A stretch of DNA of 13,955 nucleotides from Candidatus Jordarchaeia archaeon (GTDB lineage Archaea; Asgardarchaeota; Jordiarchaeia; Jordiarchaeales; Jordiarchaeaceae), in assembly GCA_029856435.1 (NCBI GenBank), contig JAHQXB010000083.1, forward strand, positions 1-13,955, written 5' to 3'. The notes beneath the pieces are model-generated. The model was given only the letters and a program-made list of their open reading frames with translations. It was not told the origin of the DNA and did no database searches. Made by a program: the position numbers and the translations under genes. Below are positions 7,333 through 13,955 of the stretch, piece by piece (the first letter of the stretch is position 1; every line of letters starts with the position of its first letter).

Positions 7333-10300
7333 TTATTCTCCCACCATTTCGCGGTTAAGGGCGAACAACTCTCTGAGCTGTTCAGTTGAAAGTTCTGTGA
7401 GCCAAGTTTCGCCGGTGCCAACTATTAGGTTGGCTAGTTCTTTTTTCTGCTCAATCATTTGGTCTATGCGTTCCTCCAGAGTTCCCACGCAAACAAATTT
7501 GTGGACTTGTACGTTTCTCGTTTGCCCTATGCGGAAGGCTCTGTCAGTTGCTTGGTTTTCCACTGCGGGGTTCCACCACCTGTCAAAGTGGAAGACACGG
7601 TTAGCGGCGGTTAGGTTGAGTCCCAGTCCACCAGCCTTAATTGAGAGGATGAAAATAGGCGGGCCGCGTTTTTCGTCTTGGAAACGTTGAATCATGATTT
7701 CACGCTGCTTTTTGGGTGTTCCGCCATGTAGGAAAAGTGTTTCGCAGTCTAGCGTTTCTTGGAGATGATTGTGGAGCATGGCTCCCATCTCTGCGAATTG
7801 GGTGAAAATTAGTGATTTGTCCCCTTCAGCCAAGGCTTCCTCAAGCATCTCCTCCAAACGTGCAAGTTTTCCTGAGCGGCCGGGCAGTTTGCTGCCATCG
7901 TGGAGGAAATGCGCGGGGTGGTTGCACACCTGTTTGAGCTTCAGTAATGTGGATAAAACCAGTCCCTTACGCTTTATTCCCTCCGAATTTTCTATTTTTT
8001 CCATCATGTCCTCAACCACAGCCTCGTAAAGTGTGGCCTGTTCCCGGGTGAGGTTGCAGAATACTTTTATCTCCATTTTTTCTGGAAGGTCTTTTATGAT
8101 TGTTTTGTCGGTTTTTAATCTGCGGAGAATGAAAGGTTGAACCAGTCGTTTAAGCGCTTCTGCCCGATTTGGATCGCGGTACTTCTCTATGGGTAGGGCA
8201 TACTTGGTGTGGAAATCCTTCACTGTTCCCAAGTATCCTTTATTGAGGAAGTCCATAATGGACCAGAGTTCGGATAGTCGGTTCTCAACTGGTGTGCCTG
8301 TAAGGGCAATTTTGTGTTTAGCTTTGAGCCTTTTTATTGCCTGAGTCTGTTTCGCCGCACTGTTTTTAATGTTTTGCGCCTCATCCAGAACAATGCACTC
8401 CCACTCGATTCTGGAAAGAGTTTCCTCGTCGCGATGCGTTAATGAATATGTGGTAATAACAACATCGTGTTTTCTGGCTTCGTTCTCAAAGTCTCGGCCA
8501 GAGAGTCTGTCTAGACCGTGGTGAACCATAACCTTAAGGGAGGGAGCGAAGCGTTGGAGTTCTCTGTACCAGTTGCCCACTATGGACATGGGACAAATGA
8601 TAAGTGTGGGGTTGCGTTTAGAACTATCCGACTCGCCATTGTTTCCGTGTAGCATGAGGGCTATAACTTGTATTGTTTTGCCCAGACCCATATCGTCTGC
8701 CAGGCATGCCCCAAGGCCGAACTGTTTTAGGAAGGCAAGCCATGAAACTCCCCTGAGCTGGTAGGGTCGGAGTTCTCCCCTAAATGTTGTGGGGGTTTTA
8801 ATCGTGGAGAGTTTAGTAGGATTAGAGAGTTTATCTAGAAAGTCTTTAATCCACCCATCGCCTTCTATTTCAACCACTGGCAAACCTACTTCAGACTCTT
8901 CCTGCCCCAGCCCAATGCGTAGCGCTTCTCCCAGTGTCATTTCACCGCTACCCCGCCTCTCCTTGAAATACTTGATGGCCTTTTCTACTTCCTCGGGACG
9001 CAGCTCAACCCATTGTCCACGCACCCTAACTAGAGGAACCTTTAGGTTGACCAACTCCTCAAACTCTTTAAGTGAGAGTGTCTCGCCGCCCAGCGAAATC
9101 TTCCAATCGTAAGATAAAATGGATTCCATGCCTAAAATTCCCGAACCTATTTTGGGATCCCACGCCTTTTTCAGCGTCAGTTTAACTCCTAGGCGGGCTG
9201 CCGGCTTTTGCCACCAAGAGGGAAGGAGTACTCCAAATCCACTCTGCTTCAAAAGTGGGGCGTACTGGCGTAGGAATGTGTAGGCCTGTTCACTGCTCAG
9301 TCTCAGCTCCATCGGGTGAGCTGTTTTGAGGCTTTCTTCAATCATGGGGAAGAGGCGTGAAGCCGTGCCCAGGTCTGCGAGGAGGCGTTCCTGAGGGTTT
9401 TCAAATTTGCGTTTGAGAAATGTGAGGACCTTTGTGCGTTCTCTCCAAACCTTATCTGCGGGAACAAGAAGACTTGGGTCGTCTCGGGCTTGGAGATGGA
9501 AACTGATTCTCCAATCCGCATATTTTTCACCGTCTTCGGGGGGCTCAAGCTTGAAACATGTACGGAATGGAGCATTCGGATCCACAAGTTGACTTTTACC
9601 AAGCCAGGATTGTATCTCCTTGGAGAAGGCTCTCAGCTTTTCTATGGGCAAATCAAGTGTTGGGTCTTCTGAGAAGAGAGCCCGTAGCCATTGTTCCGGC
9701 AAAGAGTCTTCTTGGGGGCGCTTGCGGGGTGGAAGGAGTGTGGAGGAAGACAGGCTTCCCCGCACAAAAGAGTCGACAGTTTGGTTCAGAAAATCTAATA
9801 GGATGTCCCAAGATGTTTTGTTTCCTTCATATGCACGGCAGACTGGGGGCATCGCCTTTGACAGTAAGTTCATCTTTTCAAAGCCTTCTTCTGTAAGCTT
9901 CACTTCCCAGGTGGCTTTGAAAACAGTGGCTTTGTTACGTTGAGTTTCCTGTAGTGTGGGTGTGAAGCTCTGACTGAGGAGGATTTCGAGTGAGAATTTT
10001 GCCACTTCTGCCCAGAAACGTAGTGAACTGCCGAAGGCTACTCCGTGAGGGGGGCGTGTGGGTAGTGAGAGGAGGAAGTCTAGGGCGAGGTTGGGGTCGA
10101 GAGCTACCGTGTTTATTTTCCATGGTGTCAGTTTGGTTGCTTTTTCGTAAACGTGTTTTTCTCCCAAAATTAGCTCTGGGGAGGGCAGGGGTGTCTTTGG
10201 TGTGGATGGCAAGAAAATTGTCAGGTTTTCGCTACTGGTTCTCTCAGCGATTAAGCTTCCGGACAGTTCACCTATTGCTTCAACAAGCTGCTCACTGGGT

Positions 10301-10446
10301 AGTGTAAAGGGATGCTGCTGATTTTTTCCCCTTCTGGTTTGTGTTCCTTCATCTTTGAGTGATTCTGCTGCTTTGTGTGAAGATTCCGCCCATATGTGTA
10401 GTTTGCTGGCATTAAGGGTGTGCCAAATTGCGTGTAAAACTATCAA
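7333..10446 (-). CDS. SNF2/SWI2-family ATPase (SSO1653/YwqA-type) with a long N-terminal DUF3670-like region
   Basis: 1037 aa with all motifs intact: LADDMGLGKT (I), LIICPMSIVGNW (Ia), LDEAQNIKN (II), ALTGTPVENRLSELWS (III), LRRLK and IFTQF (IV), SIKAGGLGLNLTAANRVFHFDRWWNPAVENQATDRAFRIGQ (V/VI). N-terminal LVRVRGQWVEL and LLPSWW signatures. TTG start with GGGTGG RBS. Confidence 0.97.
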   Translation of the reverse strand: MIVLHAIWHTLNASKLHIWAESSHKAAESLKDEGTQTRRGKNQQHPFTLPSEQLVEAIGELSGSLIAERTSSENLTIFLPSTPKTPLPSPELILGEKHVYEKATKLTPWKINTVALDPNLALDFLLSLPTRPPHGVAFGSSLRFWAEVAKFSLEILLSQSFTPTLQETQRNKATVFKATWEVKLTEEGFEKMNLLSKAMPPVCRAYEGNKTSWDILLDFLNQTVDSFVRGSLSSSTLLPPRKRPQEDSLPEQWLRALFSEDPTLDLPIEKLRAFSKEIQSWLGKSQLVDPNAPFRTCFKLEPPEDGEKYADWRISFHLQARDDPSLLVPADKVWRERTKVLTFLKRKFENPQERLLADLGTASRLFPMIEESLKTAHPMELRLSSEQAYTFLRQYAPLLKQSGFGVLLPSWWQKPAARLGVKLTLKKAWDPKIGSGILGMESILSYDWKISLGGETLSLKEFEELVNLKVPLVRVRGQWVELRPEEVEKAIKYFKERRGSGEMTLGEALRIGLGQEESEVGLPVVEIEGDGWIKDFLDKLSNPTKLSTIKTPTTFRGELRPYQLRGVSWLAFLKQFGLGACLADDMGLGKTIQVIALMLHGNNGESDSSKRNPTLIICPMSIVGNWYRELQRFAPSLKVMVHHGLDRLSGRDFENEARKHDVVITTYSLTHRDEETLSRIEWECIVLDEAQNIKNSAAKQTQAIKRLKAKHKIALTGTPVENRLSELWSIMDFLNKGYLGTVKDFHTKYALPIEKYRDPNRAEALKRLVQPFILRRLKTDKTIIKDLPEKMEIKVFCNLTREQATLYEAVVEDMMEKIENSEGIKRKGLVLSTLLKLKQVCNHPAHFLHDGSKLPGRSGKLARLEEMLEEALAEGDKSLIFTQFAEMGAMLHNHLQETLDCETLFLHGGTPKKQREIMIQRFQDEKRGPPIFILSIKAGGLGLNLTAANRVFHFDRWWNPAVENQATDRAFRIGQTRNVQVHKFVCVGTLEERIDQMIEQKKELANLIVGTGETWLTELSTEQLRELFALNREMVGE

Positions 10447-10704
10447 TTTTTCAGCCCACCCTTTTTTTGAAGGTTCTACAATATTTGCGGATTTCTTTTT
10501 TGGTCGGTTATCTAGCTCTCTTTAGTGGTGGAATCGGCCTAATTTGTGCATGTTCTTTTCTTCTTGCGGTTTGTAGTGTTTGGAAGCCCCTTTTTTCAGC
10601 AATGGTCTCCTGACCTTACAGTACACGGCGCTTATTTGAATGTTTCATCAGACCTTTTTAGTTAATTAAGCTTTTCCCGTGATTAGGTTTTTTGTGTGGC
10701 TTTA

Positions 10705-11586
10705 CTATTTTTTCTCTTTTAGTTGGAATATGTAGACGAAATCCTTTTTTTCTGGCGGGACTATATTTTGAGCGTTTCTCTCAGTTTCCTCTCTTGTTGT
10801 TCCACTGGCAATGATTTCGTCTTCCAGTATGGCGAACCATCCCTTGGTGATGCCGATTTCGCGCAGCCTTTTTCCAATTGTTCTGGCTTGTATTTTACCC
10901 ATTTCTTGGTAGTAGATTTTTAGGAGGCTTTGGTTCTTGTTAATTAGTTTTTCTATTTCTTCCCAGTACCTCTCGCGGCTGCTTTCACTTTTTAGATAGA
11001 ATTTCAGTTTTTCAATGTCGCTTTTCTCTTCTTTGGCTGAGAAGGGGAGTGAGGTGATGATGCCGAACCTATGTTTTGCTTCAAGGTATGCTTCATTGAA
11101 GTTGCGGCGTATGCCGCCGCCAAAAGTTATGTTGTAGGGTACAAGAATGCTATCGTATATAATTTTACCTTTGAAGGGAAGGAGAACTGCTTGGGTCAAT
11201 ATTGGCAGGTGTGGTCCGAGAACATCCCGGAGAGGAGATTTAAGCCCGAGAACTCCGTAAGCCTTGGGTGGCTCTTGCATATCAAGGAAAATGGTGTATT
11301 TCTCCAAATAGCGGTAGACAACGAAATCACCTTTAACAAAGTTTTTCCAGCCAAGAATTATGTTCAACTCATCTTTTAAGAATTTATAGGGGTTCTCCCT
11401 AACAAATGAGTCAATTACTGTGGGATGCTCAAACAGCTTATTTCTAAATTCAGCTATTTCCTCCAAATCTCTGAAATCTTCGGGAGACTCCACGCCACTT
11501 GCAATATTAAACTTCCTGTTAACATAGATCAGTAGGGGGTGATACAACTTGTAGAACAACTCAACATCCTCTATACCCAGATTCAT
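10705..11586 (-). CDS. Conserved hypothetical protein with a C-terminal DUF5678-like small domain
   Basis: Long intact ORF. ATG 11586 has a GAGGG RBS (track start is TTG 11592). The core PKAYGVLGL...LPILTQAVLLPFKGKIIYD is a pattern I recognise from uncharacterised bacterial/archaeal proteins. The tail GWFAILEDEIIASGTTREETERNA...VYIFQL resembles DUF5678 (G.yVAi.dg.vvasG.d..ev). Confidence 0.9.
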   Translation of the reverse strand: MNLGIEDVELFYKLYHPLLIYVNRKFNIASGVESPEDFRDLEEIAEFRNKLFEHPTVIDSFVRENPYKFLKDELNIILGWKNFVKGDFVVYRYLEKYTIFLDMQEPPKAYGVLGLKSPLRDVLGPHLPILTQAVLLPFKGKIIYDSILVPYNITFGGGIRRNFNEAYLEAKHRFGIITSLPFSAKEEKSDIEKLKFYLKSESSRERYWEEIEKLINKNQSLLKIYYQEMGKIQARTIGKRLREIGITKGWFAILEDEIIASGTTREETERNAQNIVPPEKKDFVYIFQLKEKK

Positions 11587-11829
11587 TCTCAACCCTCAAC
11601 TTCTAGTTATTTTCTCCCCCTTTTGAATCTATTCTGAATAAGCATTGGGTGACATGGAATTATTAGATTTCTCATCCAAAATGGGCGCTTGAGTGAAAGG
11701 CCACTTCTTCGACCCGAATTTTAAAATGGGAAACAGAACCCGACATTTCTACATCAATGGGAACAAAACCGCTCCCTGGTTGATTTTATTTACGAGTGGA
11801 CTTAAAAGAAGTGTGGGCTGTGCTGGCTT

Positions 11830-13263
11830 TCATTGGATGGGTGTTAGTATGGTGGGTGTTTTTTGGGTGTAGTCTATGGTTATGGCGTAGAGTTGTGTTT
11901 TGGGTATTTTTCCGTAGAGTATCAGGGTTCCATCTATTTTGTCGAATTTGAGGTAGACGTCTGTGAATTGTGTTAGCACTTGTTGTTCTTTTTGGGAGTA
12001 GTAGAAGACTCCTATCACTGCTCCTAATAGTTTTAGCTGGTTGACCCAGAGGCTGAGGACTTTGAAGAAGTTCTGTTGTCCGTAGCTGTAGCTTACCACG
12101 TCGCTGCTTATTCCCACAAAGAACATTTTCTTTCCAGTGTTTTTTAGGAGTTCCTGGGCCACTCCCCTTATTTGGTCTATGTCGTCCCGGAAGTCTCTTC
12201 CTTCCAGGTAGTGGACGTTTTCGGGTTTATCTACGCTGACATCTATGCTGAACTTTGCGTACTGGAAGATGTGGACCAGTTTTTTGAAGTTCTCAAATAG
12301 GGAGGGGTTTTCTACTATGGCTTTTTTTAGGGTTTTTATGTCTAGGAAGGAGAAGCTTCTTGAGGGAATCAGTATTGCGGGAATCTCGCGGCTTAAAGCA
12401 CTTACGTAGAAGGGGGTGAGGGTTTCTATGTGTTCAAGGCCTATTCCTTGGCTTAGCTCCATCATGTTGAGGCTGCTTCTTTTTAGCCCCCCGTTGAGTG
12501 CTTCGTCCAATTCGGGAATTGTTGTGGGAATAATGTCTGTCTCAACGCCGCCGATTTGTGTTTTTATTTCTCTGGGAGGTATGCTGTGATAGGAGTTTTT
12601 AAAATATGTGAATCTTCCACCGGCAAGGGTGAAGAGGTAGATGGGGTTCCTGATTTCTGCTCCCCTCATCTTTTCCACCAGAATTTCTCTTAAAATACGG
12701 TCCTCCAAGAACCTTTTCTTGAGAGTCACCACTCCATCCACTATGGAGTCTAGTTTGCACTCAGACTCTGTCTCGGAGACCATAATGACGCTTGTGCCCG
12801 TTTTCTCTCCCATTTCCAGCAAACTGTTCTCCAAGCCAAAGTTGCCTGGGGATAGGCCCAGATTTAGTTTTAAAGCGTCTACACTGTCTATAATCAAAAT
12901 CTTATTTTTGCCCCCAACTATTTTGGAGTGGATCTCCTCCATAAACTCGGGTTTAGCTAAACCCTCAGAGGGAGGGAGGCCACCAGTTTGAGCGTCTGGT
13001 ACCAATTTTTTGGCGACAATAATTTTACTTGGAGGTAAGCTCTCCTCAATCCAAGGATAGAACTTATAAATTTTCTCCGGGGATAGACGTGTAGAAATAT
13101 ATACACTCTCACAATTTGCTAAGGCTTTAGCTAGCTCCAAAGCCAGAGTAGTTTTACCAGTACCCGGAGATCCTTTTATGTGAAGGGAGCCTCCCTCTAG
13201 GCTAAGGGCCCAAACCAGCTCCTCAGGCACCCTCAAAACGTCCATTCTCAAATCAGCCTGCAT
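11830..13263 (-). CDS. GvpD-like/KaiC-superfamily tandem RecA-fold ATPase (active N-domain, inactivated C-domain)
   Basis: Domain 1 has Walker A GSPGTGKT, YISTR, Walker B ILIIDSVD, VDGVVTL and EKMRG. Domain 2 starts PTTIPELDEALNGG, but its Walker A is degenerate (ELSQGIG), and it ends LILYGKIPKT as in GvpD-like proteins. GGAGG RBS upstream of ATG 13263. Confidence 0.9.
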   Translation of the reverse strand: MQADLRMDVLRVPEELVWALSLEGGSLHIKGSPGTGKTTLALELAKALANCESVYISTRLSPEKIYKFYPWIEESLPPSKIIVAKKLVPDAQTGGLPPSEGLAKPEFMEEIHSKIVGGKNKILIIDSVDALKLNLGLSPGNFGLENSLLEMGEKTGTSVIMVSETESECKLDSIVDGVVTLKKRFLEDRILREILVEKMRGAEIRNPIYLFTLAGGRFTYFKNSYHSIPPREIKTQIGGVETDIIPTTIPELDEALNGGLKRSSLNMMELSQGIGLEHIETLTPFYVSALSREIPAILIPSRSFSFLDIKTLKKAIVENPSLFENFKKLVHIFQYAKFSIDVSVDKPENVHYLEGRDFRDDIDQIRGVAQELLKNTGKKMFFVGISSDVVSYSYGQQNFFKVLSLWVNQLKLLGAVIGVFYYSQKEQQVLTQFTDVYLKFDKIDGTLILYGKIPKTQLYAITIDYTQKTPTILTPIQ

Positions 13264-13271
13264 AACTTTTG

Positions 13272-13312
13272 ATCCTCCCTAATAAGAAAGTGTACCATCA
13301 ACCTATATATAA
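13272..13312 (-). promoter_or_regulatory. Putative TATA promoter and RBS of the GvpD-like gene
   Basis: Minus-strand TTATATAT at 13312-13305, GGAGG at about 13278-13274, ATG at 13263. Confidence 0.6.
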
Positions 13313-13420
13313 CCGACTCCATTGAAAGAAACACCCAAAATGGTAATCGACGCAGCCTACCAAAAAGGAGGTCTATTCCAATAAAATTTTTCACGTATTT
13401 AAGGATAACTATTCTATAAA

Positions 13421-13827
13421 GGGGTGATGTAGAATCGTTCGATTTCGCCTCAAAAAGGGGGTTTTTATAGGGCTTCTTTCACGATTTGGAGCCTTATTAG
13501 GGAGACGGAGCCGAATAAATCTGCATCACCCTATAAAGGGATCTTGTCGTTAGGTATGTGGTTTGTTGACATGAATTGTGTGCAGGGTTAGCCAGTCTTA
13601 CCATTTTTTTGGGCTTTAAATTTGGAAAAAAGCCATGTAAAGTCTCCTTTTTTTGAAAGGATCAAACGATTATGCGTAGAAGGGAAGCCACATACTTAAG
13701 ACGAGAGCCCCTATAAAAAAAGGTAATGTAGATTAGCCTGACTCCCCCCTCATTTCGAGGCTCTATAATTGGAAAAGAAGCCCTATAAAAGCTTCTAAGG
13801 CGAAATCGAACTAATCTACACCGCGCT
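13421..13827. repeat. Pair of ~140-bp imperfect inverted repeats (13421-13563 and 13686-13827) around a ~120-bp spacer
   Basis: Exact shared blocks in inverted orientation: GTTCGATTTCGCCT (13437-13450 / 13798-13811), TTTTATAGGGCTTCTTT (13463-13479 / 13774-13790) and GTATGTGG (13554-13561 / 13688-13695). Sequence between the blocks is similar and colinear. Confidence 0.92.
13423..13530. mobile_element. Candidate 108-bp MITE-like unit with 11-bp terminal inverted repeats and a 9-bp flanking direct repeat
   Basis: GGTGATGTAGA (13423-13433) vs TCTGCATCACC (13520-13530) match at 10/11. CTATAAAGG lies immediately on both sides (13414-13422 and 13531-13539). A diverged inverted sister copy is at 13722-13825. 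Confidence 0.5.
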
Positions 13828-13955
13828 GTGAGCTACCCCGCCCTAACGGACGGGGCTTCCAGCGTTTAGAGTAGGCTTTACGCCCATCTCCTCATCTGCT
13901 GGTTCGGGGGCTCACGGCTCCCCCATCCCATAGAGCTCGTTACCCTATGGGCTAT
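13828..13955 (-). mobile_element. Right end of an IS200/IS605-family (TnpB-encoding) element, running off the right edge
   Basis: The minus strand ends GGAAGCCCCGTCCGTTAGGGCGGGGTAGCTCAC: a subterminal GC hairpin (13836-13855) followed by a TCAC terminus, the typical right-end pattern of these elements. It directly follows a TnpB-like C-terminus. Confidence 0.88.
13878..13955 (-). CDS. tnpB: C-terminal tail of TnpB (RNA-guided endonuclease), truncated by the window edge
   Basis: The frame reads IAHRVTSSMGWGAVSPPNQQMRRWA*, consistent with the sequence after the TnpB D.NAA.NI motif (IA.R....G.GAV..P). It lies inside the right end. No catalytic residue is in the window, so the call rests on context. 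Confidence 0.7.
   Translation of the reverse strand: MAHRVTSSMGWGSREPPNQQMRRWA

Larger units (their letters stand above)
13808..13955 (-). ncRNA. Predicted TnpB omegaRNA (reRNA): scaffold 3' part 13955-13828 plus flank-derived guide about 13827-13808
   Basis: Successive stem-loops: CCCATAG..CTATGGG (13927-13951), GGGG.GC..GCCCCC (13906-13924), GGGC-GTAAA-GCCT (about 13872-13885) and the terminal hairpin (13836-13855). Established TnpB biology places the guide right after the TCAC end: AGCGCGGTGTAGATTAGTTC. Confidence 0.65.

Noticed and set aside
7397-10307. Plus-strand and alternate-frame ORFs inside the SNF2 gene (7397, 7769, 8573, 8789, 9342, 9407, 9490, 9558, 9620, 9935, 9990)
   Set aside because: They are shadow frames of a strongly supported gene, with Ser/Pro-rich antisense composition and no motifs.
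10428-12991. Plus-strand ORFs 10428-10613, 10723-10923, 11071-11379 and 12641-12991
   Set aside because: Antisense to well-supported genes or intergenic, with no independent evidence. The same applies to 5798-5980, 6495-6812 and 6778-7038.
11830-13263. Gas-vesicle operon or circadian KaiC clock
   Set aside because: No other gvp or kai genes, the second ATPase domain is degenerate, and the KaiC phosphosites are absent.
13437-13461. Archaeal replication origin (ORB-like GTTC...CAAAAAGGGGGT next to an AT-rich spacer)
   Set aside because: The G-string and inverted layout are suggestive, but the ORB core TCCAxTGGA is absent, the motif is not preserved in the other arm, and there is no cdc6/orc1 in the window.
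13423-13530. C/D-box sRNA (GTGATGT resembles box C, with a terminal stem)
   Set aside because: Box C is imperfect, there is no CTGA box D before the 3' stem, and the unit is long for an archaeal C/D guide.
1-13955. tRNA or rRNA genes, and a named defence system (DISARM, BREX, CRISPR-Cas)
   Set aside because: No cloverleaf or rRNA signature was seen by eye. The SNF2 here is the SWIM-linked type, and no methylase, PglZ or cas genes are present.

Overview
This window looks archaeal (inference from TATA-type promoters, GGAGG/GGTG ribosome-binding sites, TTG/GTG starts, and a GvpD/KaiC-like ATPase); the lineage cannot be assigned from the sequence alone. Almost all genes are on the minus strand. 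The right half holds intact genes: a tandem active/inactive KaiC/GvpD-like ATPase, a 295-aa conserved hypothetical protein with a DUF5678-like tail, and a coupled SSO1653/YwqA-type SNF2 ATPase plus SWIM zinc-finger pair. The left half is gene-sparse and partly decayed. It has a frameshifted ArsR-like regulator, two unrelated zinc-peptidase-like proteins that have lost their catalytic residues, a DIP1984-like coiled-coil protein, a two-TM membrane protein and gene remnants. Two truncated genes are absent from the ORF track. At the left edge is a coiled-coil protein built on perfect 42-bp repeats (EQLAEAQRRTEERL). At the right edge is the 3' end of an IS200/IS605 tnpB with its right-end/omegaRNA hairpins. 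The least explained structure is a nested inverted-repeat module at 13414-13827: two ~140-bp inverted arms, each enclosing its own inverted-repeat pair, one flanked by a 9-bp direct repeat. The TnpB element sits at the tip of the right arm, so its predicted guide comes from this repeat. Both edges fall in repetitive DNA, so the window may be a whole contig. Family assignments come from motif recognition, not database searches.
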